Under the pieces are notes generated by a model. It was not told the DNA's origin. It made no database searches and was given only the letters and a program-made list of their open reading frames with translations. The position numbers and the translations under genes were made by a program. 49,611 nucleotides of DNA from Bacillota bacterium (GTDB lineage Bacteria > Bacillota > Clostridia > Christensenellales > WQRI01), in NCBI GenBank assembly GCA_009786825.1, contig WQRI01000004.1, forward strand, positions 1 to 49,611, written 5' to 3'. Within the stretch, counting starts at the first letter, position 1; every line of letters begins with the position of its first letter. Of this stretch, positions 1 to 8,439 are shown piece after piece.

Positions 1-259
1 CCAAAGTGGCTTGCTTACGGCGGTAGGTGTTGGTAGTGTAACAATTACAGCAAGGGTTTTGGATATTAGGGCTGCGAGTATTATGCCAACCGAGTTAGTG
101 TCTGTAGTGGAGATGTTTATGACAGAAGAAGGTTTAGTGGTGGCTGGTCAAGCTGCGGGTGTGGAACTAAGAAGCGCTTTGGCTTTAGGCGGATTATTGG
201 TTTTGTTACTAATAGCAATTGGCATAGTTGATGCGGCAGGGCGAAAGAGATTGGAGTAG
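1..259 (+). CDS. C-terminal part of a membrane-anchored protein with an Ig-like (Big_2-type) strand; candidate virion/adsorption protein, 5'-truncated by the window edge
   Basis: Frame is open from base 2: QSGLLTAVGVGSVTITAR resembles the Big_2 C-terminal motif; C-terminal TM helix followed by basic RKR. Confidence 0.55.
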   Translation, partial: QSGLLTAVGVGSVTITARVLDIRAASIMPTELVSVVEMFMTEEGLVVAGQAAGVELRSALALGGLLVLLLIAIGIVDAAGRKRLE

Positions 260-274
260 TTAGGGGGTTAGTGT

Positions 275-1618
275 ATGAGAATAATTTCAATTTGTGTAGC
301 GGTGGTTATTTGCTTAACGGCAGTTGCGGTTGCTGTTCCAAAAGAAAGTGAATATAGCGCAGAGAGCAAAGTAAGTGAGATTTTACAGCCGCTAACTATT
401 AACAATCCTAGATTGGTAGAGCCAATTTGGAGTGATAGACCTTATGATGTGGTTGAGAGTTACGTATACGCGCGGGGTGGTAGGCGGTTGTTTCATTTGC
501 GCGAGACTGGAATTGTAGTAACGGAAGATGGCATACCTGTTAAGAACCCAGCGGACAGTAGTATAGTTATATACGATGAAGAGACAGAGAGTTTTGTAGA
601 TGGTGCTAATAGGTCGCTTTCAATATTTTTAGATAGCAGAGTTAATAGGCATTACTTACGAAGCGGCGGCAGATATGTAACGCCCATTAATCTAGATAGA
701 AATGTTTTTATGATTAACTTAAACGCAAGGGATGGGCAAAGACTAATTTATGCATTCCGCACAAGGTACGATAGGGGGTGGCTAAATGGCATTTTAGGTG
801 AGCGCTTTGGCTACAGATTTTATGATATGAACGGGCGGCACATCAACAATAATTATATAGCAAATTTTCAACGCCCGGCGTGGTGGAGACAAGTGCTGTT
901 CGGTCCTGTTGCTTTGACGCTTACGGGGAATCATTTAGTGCCAGTTGTAGACATTTTGGGTAAGAGTACGCTTAGAGAGTTAACGACCCTAATCAGTCAC
1001 GCGACCACTCACCCGTGGGCAACACTAGAATGCAGTATAATTAATAGACCAGTTGTAACGGAAGATAATAGGGTGGTTTTCGTGAACCCTAGAACAAACC
1101 AACTGACCGACTTTTTCGGCTTTGCTTTGTTTAACTCTGTAAGTGGCTTGCCCATAGTTTTTCATAACGGGGATATTATCACGACCGACTTAGAGCAACA
1201 ACGGATAGACACAATACAAGCGGTAGGTAGCAATCAACCAAGTGCAGTTTTGAGACAAGTAACTACTGTATGGGCATTGTTAGAGAGTGAAACCGAATTT
1301 TATATGGCTAGCATCACCACATTTTTTGGGCAGTTTGATGTGCCGGTATTCAGAACAAATGTAGATGCAGAAAACCCAGAGTGGCAGTTAATGAATGGCG
1401 AATGTGCAAGGGACACTATAAATGATATGCGACCTAGTGAAGTGCTGGACGGCGAGAGTTTTGCAGATTGGTTAAGGCGAGTTGCGCCAAGCGGCGTGAA
1501 TGCAGTTAGCACATTTGGTAGGATAGTTGCATTAGTGTTGGGCATTGCGCTTTTAGTTTTGTTAATAATTTTAGCGTTAAAAGTGTGGGCAATTATTGCG
1601 CCATTAAGGAGATTTTGA
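275..1618 (+). CDS. Secreted, C-terminally membrane-anchored protein; pIII-like adsorption/minor coat candidate
   Basis: N-terminal signal peptide (MRIISICVAVVICLTAVAVA), C-terminal TM + RRF, position upstream of the pI-like ATPase. Confidence 0.55.
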   Translation: MRIISICVAVVICLTAVAVAVPKESEYSAESKVSEILQPLTINNPRLVEPIWSDRPYDVVESYVYARGGRRLFHLRETGIVVTEDGIPVKNPADSSIVIYDEETESFVDGANRSLSIFLDSRVNRHYLRSGGRYVTPINLDRNVFMINLNARDGQRLIYAFRTRYDRGWLNGILGERFGYRFYDMNGRHINNNYIANFQRPAWWRQVLFGPVALTLTGNHLVPVVDILGKSTLRELTTLISHATTHPWATLECSIINRPVVTEDNRVVFVNPRTNQLTDFFGFALFNSVSGLPIVFHNGDIITTDLEQQRIDTIQAVGSNQPSAVLRQVTTVWALLESETEFYMASITTFFGQFDVPVFRTNVDAENPEWQLMNGECARDTINDMRPSEVLDGESFADWLRRVAPSGVNAVSTFGRIVALVLGIALLVLLIILALKVWAIIAPLRRF

Positions 1619-1619
1619 T

Positions 1620-1790
1620 ATGCTCGTGTTATTTTGGTTAAGGACAATTTTAAACTTGCCAATAATCAGACCAATTTTTAGGATAATTTTGTTTGGTGCT
1701 GTCGTTTTAATTGTGGCATACATAGCCTTTACTTATGGTCAGACAACCGCTTTGCAAGGTGTGGGAATTTATGAAAATTATGTTTACTAG
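1620..1790 (+). CDS. 56-aa hydrophobic protein missed by the ORF track; pVI-like minor coat candidate
   Basis: AAGGAG RBS at about 1606-1611, ATG 1620, MLVLFWLRTILNLPIIRPIFRIILFGAVVLIVAYIAFTYGQ..., TAG 1788-1790; fills the gap between the flanking genes. Confidence 0.65.
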   Translation: MLVLFWLRTILNLPIIRPIFRIILFGAVVLIVAYIAFTYGQTTALQGVGIYENYVY

Positions 1791-3978
1791 GGTGTTTAGT
1801 TTTGGAACATTAGACAGATACAAAGTAACTTTACTGTTGCTAATTTTGGTGAGTGCAATCTTTACGCTCACCATTTTTAGCCACGCACCTATGCGGCTAG
1901 TTGAGGGCTTTTTTGAGTTGTGGGGCGGGCTTGTATCTTATGTAAAATTCTTTTTTGGATACTTGCCAGAGAGCAGCCCGCTTGTTCCGCCTAGCCAAAG
2001 TGCGACGCCCGATAGCGAAATTAGTTTGTTGCCCGATAGCCCAGAAAGTTTTTGGCAAACATTATCAGCCTTTTTCAACTTGCTGTTTTGCAAGCAAAAT
2101 TTAAGCAATTTTGCTACAAGCCTAGCAATTGTAATAGAGTATTTTGCGCGTGTGTTTATGCTAGCAATACCTGCATATGTGTTAGCAAAAGTGCTATTTA
2201 AACGCCATTTTAAGCGTTCTAACAACAATTATGGTAAAGATAGCGTTGCGCTAAGGCTATTCAACTATGTGTGTCATACAACATACGCTCCTAGCAAAAG
2301 TTTTGTAGTGGGGGTAGTAAATTGTTTAAATACGACGCGCTTCGGAAGAAGGGCAAAACTGTTACTTGTGCTAATTTGGCTACTGAACTTTAATTTTTTG
2401 GGCATTGGGTTGACTGCGCTAGGCTTCCTTTTGTACTTTTTTGTAAGCCTAGATTTTGCAAGTATATACCACTTTGTGCTGAAACTAACGCTAGACATTT
2501 TGCCTGCAATCAGGTTTATGTACTCACCTTTAACTATACCAATTTCGGTATTATTAGTGCTTTACTTTATAGATAAGTGGCGAAAGAAAAGGGCAATTAG
2601 TGTGCTAAACCACTTAGACAATATGAACACAGGCTTGTCAAAATCACTACCAATAATACTATTTTTCAAAGGCACAGTAGGCACAGGCAAGACAACAAGT
2701 GCGGTAGATTTTGCCCTAACCGAAGAGAAAATTCAACGCACAAATGCTTTGAACGATATGCTAGATATTGACTTAAAGTTCCCAAATTTCAGCTGGATAC
2801 TGCTTGAGAATAAATTAAAAGAAGCAATAGATAGGGGCATAGTTTTTAATTTGGCAACCACGAGAGAGTTTATTGATAGCAACGAGAAAAATATTTTAGC
2901 ACTAAATGGTATTGGGGGCAAAGAAAATTCGGTATATGATGACAAGTTAAAGTTAACAAGCCTATTAGAAGCGGTTAGAGATTATGCAATGCTTTATTTA
3001 ATCTACATAACGCAAAGCAGTTTAATTTTATCTAATGTGGCAATTCGTACAGACTTTGTAATGCGTGATAATGGCAATTTGCCGTTGTGGGATTTGAATT
3101 TTTTCACAAGAGACAGTAGCCAGCTTGACAAATTTTCAAGGCACTCAAAAATACTTGATTTTAATATGCTCCGCTTAGGCAAAAAGATTTTAACGCATAA
3201 CCAACAAGCCAAAGCATTAGAATTCGGCGTGATTGTTGTAGATGAGGTAGGCAAAGAAAGGGGCAACCAAATAGATGATAGGGGTCTGTTTCAAGCATAC
3301 AAAAAAGCAATAGCAAAAGGCGAAGAAGCCCCAGTTAGCCCGCTAACCGATGGCTTTAACGACAGAATTAAAATGATTAGACACCCAGCTTACGTGTATG
3401 GCAGAGAATACATAAGGGTAATTTTTGCAGACCAAAGAGCAGAAAGTTCAAATGCAGACTTAAGGCAATTAGCAACCTTAGTCAACATAAGGGAAGTATC
3501 AGAAAAACGACTTGCAATGCCACTTTTCGCATTTGCAGAATTAATTTATGCGTGGATATTCCCACGTTTTAAAAGGCTATATCTACAATATCGTTTTCAC
3601 AGAGGCGACAACACATTGCTAATGGCTTTGCTTAAAAAAGCAGCCGCCACTATCCACAAACACTACACACGCATTTACAATATGTTCTCTTATAGCGTAG
3701 TAATTTTAGAATTTGAATGTGGTATGGCAAATAGTAGCGGTGGCTCAAGTGGTAGCAAGCGAGTTAGCGGAACAACACAAAGGCGGTGGTATCGCATAAC
3801 TAAAAAAATCTATTCACAACGCTTCGTATCAGATGCTTTTGGCGACTTTTTACGAGAAAAGCAAGCAAACGCACAAATAGGACACGACCAACTACAAGAA
3901 TATCAAAGCCACAGAGCAACACCACAAGAATTCAGAGAACAAAATTCTCACCTAATTATTAAATGGGATAAGGACTAA
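1735..3978 (+). CDS. Zot/pI-like morphogenesis ATPase with N-terminal multi-TM region (start may be ATG 1771)
   Basis: Several N-terminal hydrophobic helices; Walker A GTVGTGKTT, Walker B VIVVDE, and a Zot-like motif IFADQR...DLRQL. Confidence 0.7.
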   Translation: MVRQPLCKVWEFMKIMFTRVFSFGTLDRYKVTLLLLILVSAIFTLTIFSHAPMRLVEGFFELWGGLVSYVKFFFGYLPESSPLVPPSQSATPDSEISLLPDSPESFWQTLSAFFNLLFCKQNLSNFATSLAIVIEYFARVFMLAIPAYVLAKVLFKRHFKRSNNNYGKDSVALRLFNYVCHTTYAPSKSFVVGVVNCLNTTRFGRRAKLLLVLIWLLNFNFLGIGLTALGFLLYFFVSLDFASIYHFVLKLTLDILPAIRFMYSPLTIPISVLLVLYFIDKWRKKRAISVLNHLDNMNTGLSKSLPIILFFKGTVGTGKTTSAVDFALTEEKIQRTNALNDMLDIDLKFPNFSWILLENKLKEAIDRGIVFNLATTREFIDSNEKNILALNGIGGKENSVYDDKLKLTSLLEAVRDYAMLYLIYITQSSLILSNVAIRTDFVMRDNGNLPLWDLNFFTRDSSQLDKFSRHSKILDFNMLRLGKKILTHNQQAKALEFGVIVVDEVGKERGNQIDDRGLFQAYKKAIAKGEEAPVSPLTDGFNDRIKMIRHPAYVYGREYIRVIFADQRAESSNADLRQLATLVNIREVSEKRLAMPLFAFAELIYAWIFPRFKRLYLQYRFHRGDNTLLMALLKKAAATIHKHYTRIYNMFSYSVVILEFECGMANSSGGSSGSKRVSGTTQRRWYRITKKIYSQRFVSDAFGDFLREKQANAQIGHDQLQEYQSHRATPQEFREQNSHLIIKWDKD

Positions 3979-4013
3979 AAGTTGTAATGCAAATTGTAAA
4001 ACGCTCGGGTTTT

Positions 4014-4100
4014 CGGGTAGCCCCACAAAAGCGGTTTAGCGTGTGGGGCTACCCGCCCGCGTAAGCGGGCGGCTCTCGGCTGTATATTATTACCAGCCGA
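4014..4100 (+). other. Rolling-circle origin 1: three hairpins, the last with a TATTATTAC loop
   Basis: 14-bp stem 4014-4027/4042-4055; stem 4053-4060/4065-4072; stem TCGGCTG 4076-4082/CAGCCGA 4094-4100 with the nonamer at 4085-4093, directly upstream of Rep. Confidence 0.88.
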
Positions 4101-4110
4101 CTATGTACCA

Positions 4111-5241
4111 TTGTACCAAAATTTACACTCTTGGGGGTGCATTTTTAATACTTACAAAAAGGGGGTGAGAACCATTGAAAGCATAGATATTGAAAAAATC
4201 ACAGCAGATATTAATGCTGAACAAAAAGTTGACACTCAAGCGAGAAACTGGTTTTTCACAATTAATAATCCCGAGAATTCAGAAACAGAACTTTACAAAT
4301 ATCTAAGTGAATTAAACTGGGTCAAATATTTTATCTTTGGCAGAGAGAAAGAGACCACCGAACACTATCAAGGCTATATAGAATTCACTAAGCCGATAAG
4401 GTTTAGCCGAATGCAAAAAGATTTTTCTAAGCCTAACATTTTGCCCGGGGCGCACATAGAAGCCCGAAAAGGTAAAAGGGTAGATGCTAGAGACTACATT
4501 CTCAAAATTTGCAGATTTGTAGACAAAGCACACACGCGTATAGGCGAGATTCAAGAATACGGCGAATGGGTAGAAGATGGTCAGCGCACCGACCTTGAAG
4601 ACTTAATTTTAATGGTGGAAGATGGCTTGACCGATTTTGAAATTCGCCAGCAAGTGCCATCATCTATGCTCAGATATCAAACCCATATTACAAGGTATCG
4701 TAACTTATGGCTTAAAGAAAAATACGGGAAGCAGCGCAGATTAGATTTGCAAGTTACCTATATCTACGGCGGAACTGGAACTGGCAAAACAAGGCACATA
4801 ATGGATAAATACGGAGACCAAAATGTGTTTAGGGTAATTGATTACGAGCGCGGCACATTCGATGACTACACAACACAAAATACCGTTGTGTTTGAAGAAT
4901 TTAGGTCTAGTTTAAAAATCACGGATATGCTAAATTATCTAGATGTTTACCCAACGCCGCTAAAAGCCCGCTTTCAAAACAAAATTGCGTGTTTTAATCG
5001 TGTCTACATTCTATCAAACATACCACTTGAAAGCCAATACAAAAATATTCAAACCGATGAACCAGCCACTTGGAACGCATTCAAACGCAGAATACACAAA
5101 GTAGTCAATTGGGATAACAAAACCCACCAACTAAATTTCATAAGCGGTAAAGAATGCCAAAGCACAAAACCAATAATCACAGCAAGCGGAAATATTCTTA
5201 TTCCATTATCCCCAACGGAAGAAGATGAATTACCATTTTAA
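4111..5241 (+). CDS. rep: CRESS/pCRESS-type replication initiator (HUH endonuclease + SF3 helicase); true start probably near 4165-4174
   Basis: Motif I FFTINN, motif II EHYQGYIEF, motif III DYILK, Walker A GGTGTGKT, Walker B VFEEF, motif C ILSN, Arg finger AFKRRI. Confidence 0.92.
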   Translation: MYQNLHSWGCIFNTYKKGVRTIESIDIEKITADINAEQKVDTQARNWFFTINNPENSETELYKYLSELNWVKYFIFGREKETTEHYQGYIEFTKPIRFSRMQKDFSKPNILPGAHIEARKGKRVDARDYILKICRFVDKAHTRIGEIQEYGEWVEDGQRTDLEDLILMVEDGLTDFEIRQQVPSSMLRYQTHITRYRNLWLKEKYGKQRRLDLQVTYIYGGTGTGKTRHIMDKYGDQNVFRVIDYERGTFDDYTTQNTVVFEEFRSSLKITDMLNYLDVYPTPLKARFQNKIACFNRVYILSNIPLESQYKNIQTDEPATWNAFKRRIHKVVNWDNKTHQLNFISGKECQSTKPIITASGNILIPLSPTEEDELPF

Positions 5242-5259
5242 AATTAAAGGAACTGAACT

Positions 5260-5994
5260 ATGGAATTAAATAATATTTATCAAGGCTGTGCTTACGAACT
5301 AATCAAGCAAATACCAACTGCAAGCATAGACCTAATCTATACCGACCCACCTTATTTATACAATATTTGCAAAGAGAAAGCAACAAAAAACAAACTGCAC
5401 GAGAGAGCCAACAAAAGAAAAGAGCAATTAAGCAATATATCAAATGGCTTTGATTACAATATATTTGCAGAGTTTATCAGAGTGCTAAAGCATATTAATA
5501 TTTTTATATGGTGTAGCGAAAAACAAGTCAAAGATATTCTCAATTGGTTTTATGATAGGTACAGCACAAAAGAAATTTATCACAAAATACTTTGCTGGGT
5601 AAAACTAAACCCCGTGCCACTAACAAATTTTGTTTGGCTATCCGACATAGAACTTTGCATTCATTTCAGAGCCTATGGACTACCCCTAAACAACAGCCCA
5701 TTTGACACTAAGCGCAAAGGCTATGTGTCTAACTTAAATGTTTCAGATAAGCAAAAATTCCACCACCCAACTATCAAGCCACTAGCGCTAATCCAAAACC
5801 ACATTCTACATACAACTAAACCAAACGACATAGTATTAGACACTTTTGCAGGCTCTGGAACAACCTTAGTAGCCGCTAAAAACACCAACCGCAATTACAT
5901 AGGTTACGAACTAGACCCCAAATGGTACAACATAGCCAAAAACCGCTTGCAAGGCATTACTGCAAGTGGACAAACAAGTTTTGTTTTGAGTTGA
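5260..5994 (+). CDS. Orphan DNA N6-adenine/N4-cytosine methyltransferase (beta class)
   Basis: Catalytic TDPPY, HPTIKP, SAM-binding LDTFAGSGTT. Confidence 0.92.
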   Translation: MELNNIYQGCAYELIKQIPTASIDLIYTDPPYLYNICKEKATKNKLHERANKRKEQLSNISNGFDYNIFAEFIRVLKHINIFIWCSEKQVKDILNWFYDRYSTKEIYHKILCWVKLNPVPLTNFVWLSDIELCIHFRAYGLPLNNSPFDTKRKGYVSNLNVSDKQKFHHPTIKPLALIQNHILHTTKPNDIVLDTFAGSGTTLVAAKNTNRNYIGYELDPKWYNIAKNRLQGITASGQTSFVLS

Positions 5995-6007
5995 CATAAA
6001 ATGTGGA

Positions 6008-6253
6008 ATGTTAGAAAATTTGTTTGTTGGTTGTGGTGTGAGTAAAGAACTTGAAATAGGTGCTAAGGAATTTGGAATAGATACTAGAGAGTGTGGTGTT
6101 GAGAGTAAACGGATTAAAGAGATAAGTGAGGATAGTGAAATGCAAGAAAAATTTAATAGGCTGCTAAAAATAGGGGTGTATAAAGAGTTGCATAAAAAAG
6201 GTTTGCTTAGTGATAGTCAATTGTCTATGCTGAAAATATATTCATCAAACTAA
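6008..6253 (+). CDS. Small protein with SHOCT-like C-terminus upstream of the LSR; candidate directionality factor/regulator
   Basis: C-terminal LLKIGVYKELHKKGLLSDSQL is conserved in the paralog at 25841-26143, which has the same position. Confidence 0.6.
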   Translation: MLENLFVGCGVSKELEIGAKEFGIDTRECGVESKRIKEISEDSEMQEKFNRLLKIGVYKELHKKGLLSDSQLSMLKIYSSN

Positions 6254-6317
6254 ACGAACTACTCATTTTTTCGGTTGGAATTATGCTGATTTGGGCTTAA
6301 AAAGAGACTAAGAAGAC

Positions 6318-6388
6318 TTTACAATTCTTGCAAAATATGGTATAATATAGACATACACTAAAGTATTTGCAAGGGTTGTTTAGGAGGT
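6318..6388 (+). promoter_or_regulatory. sigmaA promoter, operator-like inverted repeat and RBS of LSR1
   Basis: TTTACA 6318-6323, 17-bp spacer, TGnTATAAT 6341-6346; CTTGCAAAATA...TATTTGCAAG; AGGAGGT; conserved in element 2. Confidence 0.7.
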
Positions 6389-6393
6389 AAAAT

Positions 6394-8073
6394 ATGAAAC
6401 AACTAAGCAATATAGCAATGCCACACGTGCAAACAATACTTGCACACAGGGCTTTAAGTGCAACGCAAGGCAAAATTATAGTCTCACCTTACTGCCGTGT
6501 TTCTACTGATAAGAACGACCAAGCAAATTCTTATGCAAGTCAAATTAGTTATTTCTCTGAATATGTAAATAGGCAAGAAAACTGGGAACTGGGTCAAGTT
6601 TATGCCGATGAAGGACTAAGTGGAACTAGTGTAAAAAAGCGCAAGCAGTTTAATAGAATGATAGAAGATGCTATGCACGGCAAAATTAATCTTATCATAA
6701 CTAAAGAGGTGTCCCGCTTTGCAAGGAATACTGTTGACACTCTAACTTATACTAGAAAACTTAAAGAGCGCGGCGTTGGTGTGTTTTTTGTTAGTGACAA
6801 CATTAATACTATGGACGCCGATGGCGAGTTGCGCTTGACTATTATGGCAAGTTTGGCGCAAGAAGAGAGCCGAAAGACAAGTGAAAGGGTTAAGTGGGGA
6901 CAGAGACGGCAAATGGAAAAAGGTGTTGTATTTGGCAGAGACTTACTAGGCTACACAGTTAAAGAGGGTAAGCTTTCAGTTAATGAGTGCGAGGCGGAAA
7001 TAGTTAAACTAATCTATCACAAATATTTGGTTGAGGGCAAGGGTACTCGGGTTATATCAAGAGAGTTATACGAGGCAGGGATTAAGTCAAAGCGAGTTAA
7101 AGAGTTTTCTAACACAATGATTTTGAAAGTGCTTAAAAATGAAAAGTATGTGGGCGACTTATTGCAAAAGAAAACTTTCACTCCAGATTATCTAACGCAA
7201 AGCAAAAAGGCAAACAAAGGGCAGGAAGACAAAATTTACATAAGAGACAACCACGAGCCTATAATTGAGAGAAATATTTGGGATAGCGTACAGCGCGAAC
7301 TTGAGCGGCGAAGCCCACCGCTAGAGCAAAAACAAAGGCATACAAATAGATACTGGTGTAGTGGCAAATTGTTTTGTGAATGTGGTCAGAGATTTATTAG
7401 CAAGACAAGAAAACTTAAAGGCGGCAAGCACAAGGCTTGGAGGTGCTTAGAGGCGGTTAACAATGGCTCAGAAAAAATCGGCAAATTTGGCGAGAGCATA
7501 GGTTGCGATAGCGGTTCGGTAAATGATAGAACACTACTTGTTTGCGTGGCAAATGCAGTTAAGTATGTGCAAGGCAATACTAGGGCAATAATTAACGAAA
7601 TGCTGTACGAGTTTTCACAAATTCAGTCTGAAAATAAGCCAACCGACACAAGCCAAATTGAAAGCAAAATTGCTATTGTGCAAGACAAAAAACTTAAAAG
7701 CATAGATTTAATGCTGGAAGGGATAATCAGCAAGGAAGCCTTAAAAGCACGACAAGCAGAGTATGAGATAGAAAGAGAGCAACTTGTTAGCAGGCTTCGT
7801 GATATTCAAATTAAAAATAGCCAACTCTCAACTCAAACAAACAACCTAGACACTTACAAAACTGCCCTGAACGAAATTTTAAAATTCACGACCGACACCG
7901 ACTTGCTGTATAGAGAATTGCTAGACAAGATAACAATTTTAAAAGATAAAACTTTGATAATACACTTAAATGCGCTACCCTACGGCATAAAAATTGAATA
8001 CAAAACAACAGGCAAAAACAATAGTTTTACAGCAAATATCCACAGCCTAGAACTAGTAAACCTACCTGCCTAA
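6394..8073 (+). CDS. Large serine recombinase (integrase) 1
   Basis: YCRVST catalytic Ser, YADEGLSGT, KEVSRFARN, LAQEES, recombinase domain, zinc ribbon (CECG...WRC...C), coiled coil. Confidence 0.96.
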   Translation: MKQLSNIAMPHVQTILAHRALSATQGKIIVSPYCRVSTDKNDQANSYASQISYFSEYVNRQENWELGQVYADEGLSGTSVKKRKQFNRMIEDAMHGKINLIITKEVSRFARNTVDTLTYTRKLKERGVGVFFVSDNINTMDADGELRLTIMASLAQEESRKTSERVKWGQRRQMEKGVVFGRDLLGYTVKEGKLSVNECEAEIVKLIYHKYLVEGKGTRVISRELYEAGIKSKRVKEFSNTMILKVLKNEKYVGDLLQKKTFTPDYLTQSKKANKGQEDKIYIRDNHEPIIERNIWDSVQRELERRSPPLEQKQRHTNRYWCSGKLFCECGQRFISKTRKLKGGKHKAWRCLEAVNNGSEKIGKFGESIGCDSGSVNDRTLLVCVANAVKYVQGNTRAIINEMLYEFSQIQSENKPTDTSQIESKIAIVQDKKLKSIDLMLEGIISKEALKARQAEYEIEREQLVSRLRDIQIKNSQLSTQTNNLDTYKTALNEILKFTTDTDLLYRELLDKITILKDKTLIIHLNALPYGIKIEYKTTGKNNSFTANIHSLELVNLPA

Positions 8074-8123
8074 TACGCTAAAACCACCACCCCAAAAAGA
8101 CTAAAATCACCACCCAAAAACCA

Positions 8124-8177
8124 AAATGTGCCTTTTGCTAAACGACGTAGGTACATAGTTACCGAACTTGCACATTT
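8124..8177. other. attP-like (P-P') junction between elements 1 and 2, central GG 8150-8151
   Basis: Outer inverted repeat AAATGTGC/GCACATTT symmetric about GG; left arm aligns with 28078-28103; sequence mimics cotJC codons NDVGT..ELAHLE with a 5-nt insert. Confidence 0.85.
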
Positions 8178-8270
8178 AGAAATAAATAGTTTAGATAAGA
8201 GTAAAAGCATATGAAACAAAAAAATCAAAATTCAAAATTAAAACAACCGCCAAATAAGTTTACATTGTAT

Positions 8271-8317
8271 AAAAAAGAGGCTAGCAGAAAATAAAAAATC
8301 TACGCTAGTCTTTTTTT
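8271..8317. terminator. Hairpin with A-tract and T-tract (bidirectional terminator-like); repeat family copy 1
   Basis: AAAAAAGAGGCTAGC...GCTAGTCTTTTTTT. Confidence 0.6.
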
Positions 8318-8439
8318 ATTAAGCGTAAACAAAAAACTAAAGACATATTCAAGTTTAAACGCTTTGAAATATTAGATGGTCGTGGTATAATTTATAAAGC
8401 AGAAAGAAAATAACGCTGAAAAAGAAAAGGAACAAGATT

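Larger units (their letters stand above)
1..8151 (+). mobile_element. Element 1: inovirus-like integrated element with CRESS-type Rep and large serine recombinase (left end outside window)
   Basis: Co-oriented membrane ORFs, Zot/pI-like ATPase, TATTATTAC stem-loop origin, HUH-SF3 Rep, MTase and LSR; ends at the att core GG 8150-8151. Confidence 0.75.

Noticed and set aside
1735-3978. Conjugative VirB4/coupling protein of an ICE
   Set aside because: No relaxase, VirB6 or cell-wall hydrolase is visible, and motif spacing and gene order fit Zot/pI better; not fully excluded because the left end is missing
4111-5241. Eukaryotic circovirus/nanovirus contamination
   Set aside because: Rep is embedded among bacterial genes with SD sequences, occurs twice in the same backbone and is bounded by att sites in cotJC
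5260-5994. Type II restriction-modification system
   Set aside because: No adjacent endonuclease; it is an orphan MTase
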